From: the human T2T-CHM13v2.0 reference genome, Homo sapiens
Assembly: GCF_009914755.1 (NCBI RefSeq)
Contig: NC_060926.1
Length of the DNA: 64,000 bases
Strand: one strand, 5' to 3'
Shown: piece after piece, positions 1 to 15,859 of the stretch
Position numbering within the stretch: the stretch's first letter is position 1
How the letters are laid out: each line of letters opens with the position of its first letter
Program-made: the position numbers and the translations under genes
Notes under the pieces: model-generated
Told to the model about the DNA's origin: nothing
The model's input: only the letters and a program-made list of their open reading frames with translations
The model's database searches: none

Positions 1-1639
1 ACCAACCTCACTTGCTGCCAGTCAGGGTAAATCAGTTATTCTGCCCTAGAGGTAGGGCCCCAGTGCCATCTGCTTTTCCTCAGGCCTCTACTCCATCAGC
101 TGTCAGGTGGTGGTCACTCAGGCTGTGGGAACCTGGCCATCCCTGTTTCCTTGAGTGGGTGAGGTTGGTGGCTGGTCCACCTGCTCTTGGCACACCCTTG
201 CAGAGGTGGCCAGTTGCTCTTTAAGTCAGCTTGGACTTACCTGGCATGCACAGGCCCCGGGTACTGACAAGCTGCTCCGAGTGAGCTTGTCTTGTCTTGG
301 GCCAAATTCTAAGTCTGGCCAGGGCCACAGAAGGCTGAGTCCCCTGGGTGGTAATCCTGGCTGCTGCAGGGAGGCCCATGGTGCTCCTCCCCTCCCAGGA
401 CTCAGGATGAGGTTCAACTGGGACAGGACCCTTTAGGTATGGGACTTGTGCCCCAGGAGGGGGCCTCTGTCACACAGGTTGGCTAAGATGTATGGCATGC
501 TTCTGGCTTCCAGGGATGTTGGGATGACACATTCACCCTTCCCTCCAGGGACCTCAAAATGACCAGCTTCCCCTTTGAGAATGACTTCCCAAGGCCTAGG
601 AGCCATCTGGGGCTGCAGGGCAGCTGGCCGCATGCTGCCCTGGCTTCTTCCATGTTGTGCTGGTCACTCCCACCAAGGGGGGTCAGATGCAGGCACCATG
701 AAGGGTGGTTGTCTCTGGACCTGCTTCTTGGTTATCATGGAGCTGGACTGGGCCTGGGTGAGAGGGCCTGATGGGGTTGTCCTGGGTCATCACGGGGGTG
801 ATCAGAAAAGATGCAGAATGGAATTGCTGCGAGGATGAATGAGATGACTGTCAGCACAGAATAGGCACCCAGTGAGTGTTCAGGGATTACCCTCAGCAGC
901 TGCCCAGAGGCCAAAACCACCCACCTGATAGCGACTGTCCCCAAGCCAGGAGAAAAAGAAGAGAGCAGGTCCCACTCACCTGAGTCTGATCAGTCAGCTG
1001 TGTTGAGATGTGCCTCTCACCTAGAAAATGGTCCTTCACGCAGAGCCACTCACAGACACGGCTGTGTGTCTCTAACTGCTCCACAACACAGAGGCGATGG
1101 GGGCTTAGCAACAGTGACATTGTGGGGTGACACAACCCACCACAATGGGAGCCTGCATGGGTCAACAGGGCCCAGAGTCAATGTCCTCTATCCCCTGAAC
1201 TGACATGTGTGGATGCAGTGTGTTTGTGCATGTGTGTGTGCCTGTATATGTGTGCACTTATGTGTGTGTTTCTCCTGCTTCTCTGGCCAGGCCTAGCTTC
1301 TCCACTCACGGGTGCACCCAGGTCATCACTGAGGGCTCATGGCCAGCATTAGAGCTTCTATAGGTGTTCCCCAATCTCTGCCTTCCCCACCCATGGTGGT
1401 CCTGGGGATGCAGACAGAGGAGGGGCACCAGGCACAGCAGAGAGGGCTGGCACCACCTCTAGGTGAAACACAGGTCATGTGTAAAGTTGTAGGTCGGCCA
1501 AGCAGTGCTGGATTCGACACATCTTCTCACCTTCTCTTTCCAGCCACCCTCCAAGGTGCCCTGACTCACCTTCTCTGCAGATGGAGGCAAGGAGACTCCA
1601 CAGACAAACCCCCTGCCTGAGGCCACACAGTGGCCAGCT

Positions 1640-2230
1640 GGCCAGGTTCCTACTGATCAGCCGCCCAGGACCAGGTTCCCACTGATGAGGCCTCTAATGA
1701 CCACTCCTCCATTTACCAGTTCCCACTGACCAAGTCCCCACTGACTATGTCTTCCTAACCAGGCTCACACTTAATAGGCCTCATAGGCCAGACCTCATTG
1801 ACCAATTTCCCACTGACCTGGTCCCCACTGACCAGGTTCCCACTGACAAGACCGCAATTTACCAGGTTGCTGCTCACCTGACCCCCACTGAACAATTTTC
1901 CATGGATCAGTCCCCAGCTGACCGAGCCCCCTCTGACCAGGCCCTCACTGACCAGGCTCCAAGCCACTAAGGCCCAACACTGACCAGGCACCTAGTATAC
2001 TGTATAGGCCCCACCAACCAGTTTTTCATTGTTTATGTTCCAACCCATCAGGCCTCACTAAGAAGACCACCACTGACCAGGTCCCCATGGACCAGGCTTC
2101 CAATGACTAGGTCACCAGGTCCCCACTGATGAGGCCTTTACTGAGGAGGCCACAACTAACCAGGTCCCAACTGACTAGGTCCTGATGACCAGGCCCCCTG
2201 ACCATGGTCCACTGACCAGGCCCCTGAGCA
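1640..2230. repeat. Degenerate 15-bp minisatellite, consensus ACCAGGTCCCCACTG
   Basis: Exact 15-bp period from 1801: accaatttcccactg/acctggtccccactg/accaggttcccactg... Confidence 0.88.
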
Positions 2231-3608
2231 GCGTGCTCAAAGTCTCATTACAATGCCCCCCTCAGCCCACAGACCATCCCTCCCTGTATGTGTGCCCAGA
2301 GGTCAGGCCCTGGGGTTTTTTTTGGGACATGGCTTTTCCTCCAAGACAGAGGGAGAGACAGTTGGCCTCAGGCTCCAGGTGCCCAGCTCCACACTCACCC
2401 CAAAAGCCCTCTGGGCCAATCTTAAAGGAGATAGTGAGGTGGCCTGGCACTGCCTGGACATGCCATGTAGCCTATTCCTGAGTGTCAGAGTGGGAGGAAG
2501 GCAGGGACATTTGGCAGATGAGACATCTTGTGCTGTTGGGCCTCCCAGGGCCCTTCCCACAGAGACCCGATCTACAGACACAGCACAGAGGCTACAGGAA
2601 GACTAATGCAGAACCCTTGAGGCTGAGCCAGGGACCACATGAGGACTGTGCCCAGACAGCCAGAAGGCCCTTTGCTAGTTTCTTGGTACCTCATGGAGGC
2701 GGCAGCGGTTCTTCTGTTGGGGACCAGTGAGTATGTGCTGGGGAGGGCTGGCCTGTGCTTCCTCAGTGGCTCCACCTCTGCTTCTAAGAAAAATCACTCA
2801 TTCCATGGCTGGAGCAGAGAAAATACAAGATGAGCTTAGAACATCTTGTTCCAGAAACTAAAAAAGTGCTGACAGAGTAATAAGGACAAATAAAAAAGAC
2901 ATGAAGTCAGCTTGAAATGTCTACCACTGGCCTAATCTTGGGGAATGGGAGCACCAGAATCATGAGCTTTCCCTTCTCAGTTATTTATTGGTTTTACTTC
3001 TCCATGTACAGCAAAGAAGAGAAGAAAATAATCATCTGGCAACCATCATAGTAATAACTGTTCAAACACAAGTCATCCATGAAATGCTAAATCTAGTGGG
3101 TTCTGAGGAGTAACTAGATATTTACAGAGCCTCAAAATATCTCCCCACAAAATACGGTTCAACTACAAAAAGAAAATTGTCACATTAGCATGGACAAGCC
3201 TGGCAGGTACTCCTTAACTCCCCTAAGCAGTAAAAGCTGTAAAATGCAAAGAAGCCTTCGATGACCTTTACTAAAGTATCAATGATGACTTGGTTGTTTG
3301 GCTGTTTAAACAGCTGACATTTGGGCAATTTGAGTACGTCAAACTCAATAATACTGGTGTTCATTTGCAAGATCCACTTAAAATTAAGGAGGCTAAAAAA
3401 CATCATTTAAATTACCCTATAAATTATCATCATACATGTGATACAAAAACATCCTACTTCAGTAAAGATTGTAATGTTATATATTTTATGAGAAACAATT
3501 AAAATGTTGTGTAAATAGCCCAGTAATAAAGTTTTATAATCTTTTAAATAATAAAATTTTTCCATAAGACTTTATGGTTAAACATTCTCTTCATTAGATG
3601 TGGCTTAC

Positions 3609-3662
3609 CAGTGGATTATAGAGAAGTAAGTAGATGGGAGCAAGTGTCCAACACAGCAACAG
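3609..3662 (-). CDS. Last ANKRD18/26-type exon: TVAVLDTCSHLLTSL* (phase 1) or LLLCWTLAPIYLLL... (phase 0)
   Basis: Strong acceptor ctttctttttttttccag; TAA at 3616-3618 in phase 1; CTG|gtaagc donor after 3609. Confidence 0.62.
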
Positions 3663-4831
3663 CTGGAAAAAAAAAGAAAGAATTATGTTCTTTACCTAAA
3701 ACACTTCAGTTAACTAAATGTGAGTTTAAATACTAAAGAGTTGAGAACTTTATCAGAGTTAGTAAGAATGAGAAATATGTATGTACATTTACAATACAAA
3801 ATTACTATTAAATAATTTACACATGACATTAATTCTATTGTGTTTAAATATCAGAGGTTTTTCATTCTTCATTCATGTAATCAACAGCCACGTGCTAAGG
3901 TCCTAGAACCAGCACTGGAATTCCAAGATGAAGATGGTATGGGCCACCTCTCAACAGTCATATGCTATAACCTAAAAAAACAGACAGGCAGGCAAGGTCC
4001 ACATAGTGTCATAGATACTATGACAGGTATACGGCAGGGCACTACTGGAACACACAAAAGGGACATCTATCCCACTTTTATGTCAATATCATGGGCTTTC
4101 TGGTGGAGGAGATAACATAGGTTGATACCTGAAGGACAAGGAAAAGCTTGCCAGATAGAGGGAAGAGGCGAAGGCAAAGAGCCTGAGGTGAGGAAGAGCC
4201 CTGCGGAGTTCTACTCTGTCCACTTTGGTGCTAGAGCAAAGGGCAGAGTGCGGTAAGTGTCAAGAAGCAAGGCTGAGTAACTTGACAAGCATCACATTGA
4301 TGTGGGTGTTTTTACTTCATGGTGAAAAATTTGGAACTTTTCCTGAGAACAGATGTAAGCCAATGACACAGTAAATGACAGGAGATTTAAAATGTCACCT
4401 GTCAAGTGACTGCTTATGAAGGGTTATTGCCCAGCTAAGGATTTCAAAATGAGTCTCAGGTCTGTTGGCCTTCAATCTCTACCAAAACCCTGAGAACTTG
4501 GTGATGGCTTTGTTTTCTGAGAATCGTTTCAGTGTGCTGGCTGACACTTCCATGAGAATGGCAAAACTTAAGAAAGTGTAGAGCCAGTAAAAAATGGATG
4601 CATAGACTTCTTGGGAATTTTTTAAGCTATGGAACATGATGAATTTATGGTGCATAAGTACAGTCTTCTCTGTGAAAGATTTTGTTTTCACATCTCGCAT
4701 TAGATGTGTGTAAGATAAAAAATACTTGACATAGTATCTACTAACCAAACAATGAAAAGGAATGCCATTTGTTATTTACACTTTATTTCTAAAATAAACC
4801 TAAATGTAATTAATAAATTTTGGCAACATAC

Positions 4832-4877
4832 TTCTCTTTGTTTCTCTAGTTATCTGTTCTACATAGTCCGGCTCCAT
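4832..4877 (-). CDS. Downstream exon (46 nt): MEPDYVEQITRETKR
   Basis: attttag|ATG...GAA|gtatgt; read-through gives ...KRSMLPKFINYI*, similar to the ANKRD18B end as recalled. Confidence 0.68.
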
Positions 4878-5181
4878 CTAAAATAAGTAAAAATAATAAT
4901 AATGTTTAAGTTAAACAAGAAACATTATCATGCAAATAATGTATCACTTACAAAATGTGGCCTTTAGTATTTTTAGCAACTAGACATAACTTGAAGTTTG
5001 CTTAAATAGAAAAATAATCACATAAATAAAGTAAAATTTCTACTTATTTTAAGTTTAGATAACAGAGGATGCATCTGTGTAATGCTGTTTAGAGTAATCG
5101 GACAAAAATACAGTTAATATTGGTCTATTGCATATACATGATTTTAGAAAGGTAGTGTTATTAGTACAAAAGTTAAACAAT

Positions 5182-5493
<312 letters not shown>

Positions 5494-5664
5494 TTAAAGT
5501 CATCTTTTGCAATGAATGCATTGCTTTGAAATTCTTAGCAAAACTCTGCCCTTTATACAAGTTTAATCCATTTTTTTACATCAATAAATTTTATCTTAAA
5601 AAGAAATTTCTATTCTCTACTCATAGTAAACTTTTTAATAGTAAATTTTTCTTGGTTTTTTTTT

Positions 5665-6820
5665 TGTTTGTTTCTTTTTTTCTAGTTTGTATTCTAAATT
5701 AAGATGGTACCTGTGTAGGCTTCTTCCAAGAGTATACTGAGGGAGGCCGAGGTTTGGAGAACAGTGGAACCCATCACACAGGTAGTAAGCATAGGATCCA
5801 ATAAGTAGTTTTCCAACCCTGGCCCACTCTGTCCCTCCCTGTTCTTATTTCCCAGTGTCTATAGTTCCCATGTTTATGACAATGTGCACCCAATGTGTAG
5901 CTCCCACATAAGTGAAAACATGAGATATTTGGTTTCTGTTTCTGTGTTAGTTTGCTTAGGATAGTGGATTCCAGCTGTATCCATGTTGCTGCAAAGGACA
6001 TGATTTTGTTCTTTTCTTGGCTGCATAGTATTCCATGGTATATATGGAACTTTCCAATCTACCTTGGATTTTCAATCTGCCTTGGATGCACCTGGATTGA
6101 CTCCATGTCTTTGCTGTTTTGAATAGTGCTGCAATGAACACACATGTGCATGCATCTTTTTATTACAATGATTTATTGTCTTCTAGGTATACCCCTAGTA
6201 TAGTAATGGGATTGCTGCATCCAACGGTCATTGTTAGTTCTTAATTTCCAAACTGCTCTCCATAGTAGCTGAACTAATTTACATTGCCAAAAACGGTGTG
6301 TGTTCCCTTTTCTCCACTGCTTCCCCAACATCTTTTTTGTTTTCTTTTTACTTTTTAACAAAAGTTATTCTGATTGGTGTGAAATGGTATCTCATTGATG
6401 TTTTGTTTGGCACTTTTCTGATGACTAACAATGGTAAGCATTTGTTAATATGTTTGTTGGCCACTTACATGTGTTATTTTGAGAAGTGTCTGTTCATGTT
6501 CCTTGCCCATTTTTAATGGTGTTATTTATTTTTTGCTTGTTGACTTGTTTAGGTCTCTTATGGATTCTGGATAATAGGCGTTTGCTGTATCCATAGTTTG
6601 TGAATATTTTCTTCCATTCTTTACGCTGTCTGTTTAATCCTGTGATAGTTTCTCATGCTGTGCAGAATCTCTTTAGCTTAATTAGATCACACTTGTCAAT
6701 TTTTGTTATTCTTGGAATTGCTTTTGAGGACTTAGCCATAAATTAATTGAGAAGTATGATGTCCAGAAGAGTATTTCCTAGGTTTTCTTCTAGGATTTTT
6801 ATAGTCAGAGGATGTACTCT
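5665..6820 (-). mobile_element. Old L1 3' fragment (ORF2 end plus 3'UTR)
   Basis: ORFs MFIAALFKTAKTW and MSFAATWIQLESTILS match the L1 ORF2 C-terminus. Confidence 0.88.
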
Positions 6821-6841
6821 TATGTAAGAAAAGCACAAACC

Positions 6842-7135
6842 TTTTTTTTTTTTTTTTTGAGACAGAGTCTCCATCACCTAGGCTATAGTGCAGTGGTATG
6901 ATCTTGGTTCACTGCAACCTCTGTCTCCCAGGTTCAAGTGATTCTCCTGCCTCAACCTTCCGAGTATCTGAGATTACACATGCCTGCCAACATGCCGTGC
7001 TAATTTTTGTATTTTTAGTAGAGATGGGTTTCATCATGTTGGCCAGGCTGGTCTCAAACTCCTGACCTCAGATGATCCAGCTGCCTCGGCCTCCCAAAAT
7101 GTTGGGATTATAAGTGTGAGCCACGGCACCTGGCC
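6842..7135 (-). mobile_element. Alu
   Basis: Poly-T followed by antisense Alu; TSD aagcacaaa. Confidence 0.95.
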
Positions 7136-7311
7136 AAGCACAAAGCTTGTAACATAAAAATGGAAATGAACATTTTAGTGTTTTGTTTAATTCATAAAAT
7201 GCAATTATTTTGGATTCTACTAAATAATAAACATCTATATGTGGTAAACTGTTTGGATGCCAATCATTCAGTTGTGATTATGGGTGGGAAGAGTTGAGAC
7301 AGTGCAAATAA

Positions 7312-7614
<303 letters not shown>

Positions 7615-7642
7615 AGTGCAAAGAAACTTTAAAAGTGACATG

Positions 7643-7966
<324 letters not shown>

Positions 7967-8278
7967 CTAAACAAACTATAATCAATTAGAGAGTAAGCCA
8001 AAGCATCTCAAACCATATCATCAGTTATCAGGCAATAATATGCAATTTCTAAAACCTAACTTAAATGCAGCTTTTAAAGACATTTTAAATGTGTCAGTTT
8101 AGTCACATTTATTGAATAAAGTTAGTAAACGGGTATCTCTTGACAATGAGAGCTCCAGGGAATTAAAAAACGTAAAGTTCCCATTTTCTTTCTGTGTTAA
8201 CACAGCTAATTATGATCTTTACTAAACATGCATAAGTCAACAGAACTCAGTATTTCACCAAATTAAAAACAAGAATTA

Positions 8279-8590
<312 letters not shown>

Positions 8591-9294
8591 CTAATGATTC
8601 TTAATGACTTGCAGTTTTTAAAAACTTGCCCTGAGAGCAAACCAAATTATCCACTCAACAGTGTTTTCACACCGAAGATGTGTGAGAGCATACTGTGGTA
8701 AGCAATTATAATTTTAACATCATTCTAAAGAAGCACCTGTGTTTCTAAGGTAATTTATACTGAACAAGCAGTACAAAGTAGACAGGGAAGAGAAATGGCT
8801 ATCAGTGATGTATGGCTCAACAGGTAACACTTGCTGCCTTCTAAAAGGGCTCTACTTGTGAGATTCTGAAGATTCCATTAGAAATACTCGTATTTAAAGG
8901 GTAACAATGTGGGAAAAGAATATGTTGATTTGCTTGATTATAAGAACTACTTCACTAGAAATACCTGTATCAAAACATCATGTTGTACTCCTTAATGTAG
9001 GTTAAGAAAACTAAAATGAACTACAACAAAAAAATCTAGGAATACTTGTGTTTAGCAAACAAATTTTAGGTTTCACCCTTGTGCATTTCACCCATTATCT
9101 AGGAACAATTAACCATTTGGCTCTGAGGAATAATTCAGAACAACAACTCCTGGGGGAGAACTAGATTGGTTGGTTGATGATCAAAAAGAACTAAAGCATG
9201 TCTGAAGGCAATTAGCCCCCAGCACTGTGACCAAGGCACTAGAGGTGGGGTTTTTCCTTCTGCCTTCCACACACCCTTTCAGGCTGAACAAGGT

Positions 9295-9845
9295 TTTTTG
9301 TTTTTTGTTTTTTTATACTTTTTTAGGGTACATGTGCACAATGTGCAGGTTTGTTACATATGTATACATGTGCCATGTTGGTGTGCTGTACCCAGTAACT
9401 CATCATTTAACATTAGGTATATCTCCAAATGCTATCCCTCCCCCCTCCCCCCACCCCATGACAGGCCCCGGTGTGTGATGTCCCCCTTCCTGTGTCCATG
9501 TGTTCTTATTGTTCAATTCCCACGTATGAGTGAGAACATGCGGTGTTTGGTTTTTTGTCCTTGCGATAGTTTGCTGAGAATGATGGTTTCCAGCTTCATC
9601 CATGTCCCTACAATGGACATGAACTCATTATTTGTTATGGCTGCATAGTATTCCATGGTGTATATGTGCCACATTTTCTTAATCCAGTCTATCATTGTTG
9701 GATATTTGGGTTGGTTCCAAGTCTTTGCTATTGTGAATACTGCTGCAATAAACATACGTGTGCATGTGTCTTTATAGCAGCATGGTTTATAATCCTTTGG
9801 GTATATACCCAGTAATGGGATGGCTGGGTCAAATGGTATTTCTAG
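9295..9845 (-). mobile_element. L1PA 3' end, relatively young
   Basis: ORF MFIAAVFTIAKTWNQPK...HRMFSLI plus a typical L1PA 3'UTR. Confidence 0.93.
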
Positions 9846-10453
9846 TTATTTTTTAACCACTTTCTGAATTACACTTCAAATTCCTTAATAATTATTCCCT
9901 ATTTCACAAGGATGCCTTTCTGTAACATCTTGAAAATGTTACACAAATAGTCTTTCTTGAGGCACCCTCTAGTGGTAATACTAAAGATCACAATCAAAAA
10001 AGATTGTGCCCAGAGTAGCAGTATCACTTGACACTTTGGGTTTAGGTTGTGATCTACCAAAAAATAAATTAAACTCATTAATATTTCTATTTAGGGAAAT
10101 TCTGACAAGCAATTTTATAACAAGATCACTTTATTAATTATAAAGCTTCAAAAATACTTAGTGACAAAAACTAACAGATCAGGTTAACTACATGAGACTT
10201 TTCAGGGGAAAAAAGCCATACAAAAGCAAAAAAAAAAAAAAAAGGGAGAGAGAGAGAGAAAGAAATGGGACAGAAACTATCCTTGACTAACATTTTAAAG
10301 GTAAGATTATTTACTAACATTATTTTCTGAAATTACATTATTAGATTAGCATTCACTTCCTACTAATCTCCTGAAGCCATCTCACTAAAAATTATGCTTT
10401 CAAAACAAATTAATGAGCTGAATTCATTTTCTATGAGTGTACGTTTTGACTTA

Positions 10454-10669
<216 letters not shown>

Positions 10670-11141
10670 CTAAAACAAAGGAAAAGAATACACTTTTAAA
10701 ACAATTATAACCTAATTATTGTATGTTTGTTGCCCTTCATTTTGAGTCAGTGATTCAAAGAGCGATTTTGAATATGTTAGTAAAAGAGGCTGAAGCTTAA
10801 AATATTTATCAGCAATATCAAAACTAATAACTGAATTCAGAATTGTCTGATTTATAAAAATTCAAAATCATAATTATGTTAGTATTAATGTAATCTGGTC
10901 ATATAAAAAGTAATAGAATCCATTCATAATTTTAAAAAGTGATTAATGAACGTAGCTTATGACCAATTCAAAAGTGTCACATAATTTCTAAATCACAATT
11001 TTTTCTTATGCCAACTGATCTTAATCATCAAACGACTCCACAGTGAGTCGTTACTCTGAAAGATTGATTTTGTTATAATAATAATGGAAATGTAAATATT
11101 TAAAAGAAAAAACAGATGTCATTTTTTTTTCTAGAACTCTA

Positions 11142-11643
<502 letters not shown>

Positions 11644-11992
11644 TTATCTGTAATGCAGTGGATTCTTCAAATGTGAACCCTTAAATTACTCAGAATTTTA
11701 AGAACAAAGTTAAAGTTACCATGAGTCACAGAAATATATTATTTACTATCATCATCTTTGCCACAGAACTTTTGCACTTCATCTTACTTTTATTTTTCTG
11801 ATAATTCATTTTTGTTCCTCCTTAGATGGCACTTAAGTTATCTCTTAGTAAAAAGTGTCTAACCACCTTCCCTCATTATCATTCCTCATAATATGTCAAA
11901 AAAAGTTGCAGAGATATCATATTGAGTTATTTAGGCCAAAGTCAATAAATGGCTCTCAGAATAAGACTTTGAAAATAATATAACACTCTATA

Positions 11993-12285
11993 CTAGGCAT
12001 GGTGGCTCATGCCTGTAATTGTAGCAATTTAAAAGCCTGTGCCAGAAAGATCACTTGAGGCCAGGAATTTGAGATCAGCCAGAGCAACATAGTGAGACCC
12101 CCAAGTCTACAAAAATTTTTTTTAAATTAGCTGGGCATGGTGGCTCATGCCTGTAGACCCAGCTAGTTGGGAGACTGAGGCAAAAGGATGGCTTGTACCC
12201 AGAGTTCAGGGCTGCAATGAATTATGACCACATCACTGCACTTTGCCTGGATGACAGACAAAGACCATATCTCAAAAAAACACAA
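11993..12285 (+). mobile_element. AluJ-like
   Basis: Diverged Alu dimer. Confidence 0.85.
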
Positions 12286-12409
12286 AATAATGAATCCTGT
12301 AAATAAGGATTCTGATGCCATAAGCCTTTCCTTAAACTGCAAATGTTTCATGCTAATTTGAATTGCATTTTAAGAAGTAATGATTCTTGGGGTAAAGGCC
12401 ATAGAATAC

Positions 12410-14120
12410 ACACCCAGAAATAAATCCGCATATTTACGGCCAACTGATTTTGGACAAAGGTGCCAAGAACATACACTGGGGAAAGGACAGTCTCTTCAAA
12501 TGAATGGCACTGAGAAAACTAAATATCCATATGGAGAAGAATGATACTAGCTTCCTATGTAACAGCACATAATGAAATAAACTCAGAATTGATTGAAGAC
12601 TGAAATGTAAGGCCCAAAATTATGAAACTACTCTAAGTAAATATAGGAAAAATGCTTGAGGACATTAGGCTGTACAAAGATTTTTATGGGTAAGACATCA
12701 GAAGCATAGGCAAAAACCAAATGATAGACAAATGGTATTACATTAAGATAGTTTCTGCCCAGCAAACTGAGTGAAGAGAAAACCGGTGGAATGGGAGAAA
12801 ATATTGTCAACTATTCATCTAATAAGGGACTAATATCCAAAATATACAAGAAACTCAAAAAACTTGACAGTAAAAAAACATCTGAGTTCAAAATTGGGCA
12901 AAATATCTAACTATACTTTTTCTTTAGAAAAAATAAATACAAATAGCCAATAAATAAATTTTAAAATGCTCAGTATCACTAATCCTCAGGGAAATACAAA
13001 TCAAATCTTCAATGTGATACAATCTTGCTTCAATTTGAATAAATTGCTATCATTGAAAAGACAAAAAAATAACAAATGCTGGTGAGGTTCCAGAGAAGAG
13101 TAAACTCTTACATGCTGTTGGTGGGAAGGTAAATTAGTGCAGCCACTATAGAAAACAACATGAGGGTTTCTCAAAAAACTAATAATGGGACTGCCAAGGG
13201 ATCCCGCAAACCCACTATTGGGTATTCAGGCAATAGAAAAGAAAACAATAGATCAAAAAGATACTTGTACTTGTATGTATATTGTAGCACTATTCACAAT
13301 AGCTGATGTATGGAATCAACCTGCATGTCCATCACCAAATGAATGGACAAAAAACTGTGGCACACAAACACAATGGAATACTATTCACCATATAAAGGAA
13401 TTCAATCCCGTTATTTGTGGCCATGTGGATCAGTCTGAGGGATGTTATGTTAAGTGCAGACACAGAAAGATAAACACTGCACAGTCTCACTCATGTGTGG
13501 GAGCTAAAGAAAAACTGAGGGCTGGGCAACATGGCTATTGCCTGTAATTTCCTAGCACTTTGAAAGACCAAGGCAGGAGAATCACTTGAGGACAAAGTTC
13601 CAGAGCACCCTGGACAACATAGGTAGATAGCTCTACAAAGTCAAAAATCAGACAGATGCAATGGTGCATGCCCATAATCCTAGCTGCTCAGGAGGCTGAG
13701 GTGGGAGGATCACATGAGCCCAAGAGTTTGAGGCTGCAGTGAGCTATGATCAAGCCACTGTCTCTAGTCTGGGTGACTACAGTTGCCCAGAGCCCAGACT
13801 AGACTAGCAAGGCCCTGTCTCTTAACAACAACAAAAAAGCTCACAGAGGTAGGGGAGGGGAGGATGGTTAAGGGATACAGAATTACAGTTAGATAAGAGG
13901 AATGAGTTCTGGTGTTCTGTGGCATTGTAGGGTGAATATGGTTAACTATGATTTATTGTATATTTTTAAAAAGCCAGAAGATTTTGAATGTTCACAATTC
14001 AAAAAATGAAAAATGGTTGAAGTAGTAAATGTACTAGCTAGCTTGATCATTACACATTACATACATGTATCAAAATATCACTCTATTGGCCAAAGTTATG
14101 TATACACGTCAATTAAAACA
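12410..14120 (+). mobile_element. Old L1M fragment, with a nested AluJ-like element at about 13520-13838
   Basis: ORF2 remnants (LPRDPANPLLGI, DTCTCMYIVALFTIA) and an L1M-type 3' end. Confidence 0.82.
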
Positions 14121-14139
14121 AAAGAGAAGCTATATTTAT

Positions 14140-14545
14140 CCCATTAAAAAAACAGAATATGGGCAATCCTTACAGACTTCCTTCTAATGAATAGAATGCA
14201 GTAAAAGGGATATCACGTGGCTTCCCTATCTCAGACTGCTTTCCCTTTGAACTCAGCCCCCAGATTGTGAGAGAGATCAGGCCACAGAGACAGCCTGGGA
14301 GTATCAGTGTCAATGTTCACGCTGCCTGCTCCAACCAAGGTTCCAGCCAATGGCCAGCATCAACCATCAAACATATGGGTGAGCAAAGCTTCAGATGATT
14401 CCATTTCCCCAGCTGATCAGCTGTTCCTAGGGAAGCTGAGGGGAGCAGAGATGACCTGTCCTGGCTAAGCTTTTTTCAAACCACAGGTTCATGAACAAAA
14501 TAAATGTTTTTCTTTTAAGCCACAAAACCCTGGATAATTGTTAGA
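14140..14545 (+). mobile_element. MaLR (MLT1-like) LTR remnant
   Basis: aataaatg...ttttaagccac...ataattgtta end motif; recognised from memory only. Confidence 0.5.
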
Positions 14546-15859
14546 AAAATAAGTTTTAAAAAGAGACAACAGGAAACATAACTTACGTAGAGAAAAGAGT
14601 CTCCTTTAAAGTAGGATCTAAAAAATGTTGAGATTAATTTATTGATGGCAAACATTATTGAGAAGCAGTAGATAACCAGGAGAGAGACATAAGCTGCTGA
14701 GGAGGAACATTTCCTAAAACCCCCTTCAATTATGAACTCTAATAACAAGGCAAGGGTGTCTCCTTACAATTTCCCCTTAAGTTAGGAAATAAGACTGCAA
14801 AGCAAAAAGATGTATGATTTGAAAAACAACTAGAAATACTTGGTTAGATAACCAAAATCAGACATGTACCTGATTTCAGTTAATGGAAATTCTAAAAGAA
14901 TAAACTTTGAGTATTTATTAATCAATCTAGTATTCAATTTTCATTTTCCTTTTCTCAATGAGGAAATAAGGAGAACATTATGGAATGATTTTTAGTCTTC
15001 ACAGAAGTAAAATAAACACAGTATGCTTTGAGTGTTAAGACATCAAATGCAATTTCTCCTTTATCTTACTTCAAGCTTGTTTGTATGGAGAAGTTAAGAC
15101 CGTCCCATCTCTGTTATGCCACAATGCTTCTCTACAGCACACAACTTGGCTCTGAAATTTCAAAAGTCAAAACACTAATCTACTATTTGTCTCTGATAAA
15201 TTGCCTGAACATTACCTGATTTTGAAGTGCTGCACTCTTAAGACTTTTTCTTGGAATGAGTTAAACTTTATATTCCAAGAATCCTCTACTGAGCTAGAAA
15301 GCAGAGCTGTGCATCTCTGTTTCAGTAAAAGGAGGTCAATACAGGGAACTGTGGTTTCTGAGAATGCAAGATCTGCATCAAGTAAAGGATTAGATGCAGT
15401 GCTACCCAAGAGAACCAGCTACCAGGTGGAAAGAGGATCTGCAAACTACAAGATGATGACTTCACTTGATTTCCACTGAGGAAAGCTGGCAGCTCAGACT
15501 TCTCCTTCCTGGATGGTAAACATCTATGGAAGATTCTATGAATTATAATGAGTTAGCAAAACATAATACACTAAATATTAGACTACATCAGCAGATCCTG
15601 TGACCAAAACTTACTGAAAATATAACTATAGAGGGAGACGATGGAATAGAGACTGAAGGTTTGAATAGAGAAAAAAAGAAAGTGTGTCTTGTAAGCTTGA
15701 CTTGCCATCATGTCTTAAGAGTAAGGTATAAGCTGGCCAGAGACTCCTTTGTGACACAAAAGGTGAAGTTAAAGATATTCCACTAAATTTAATTTTTATT
15801 ATGATATAAGACAACTGGTAATATGCAACATGATTGAAAAAAACTTCTCATTAAATTCA

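Noticed and set aside
1640-2230. Minisatellite as a CRISPR-like array
   Set aside because: Units are contiguous and degenerate with no unique spacers, and the context is eukaryotic.
12-2833. Many overlapping 60-117 aa ORFs in the GC-richer block
   Set aside because: No recognisable protein family, and short ORFs are expected by chance at this GC content. I could not see CYP4F or SNX18 pseudogene sequence here.
4479-4748. 89-aa minus-strand ORF between the last two exons
   Set aside because: No convincing splice sites or family similarity.
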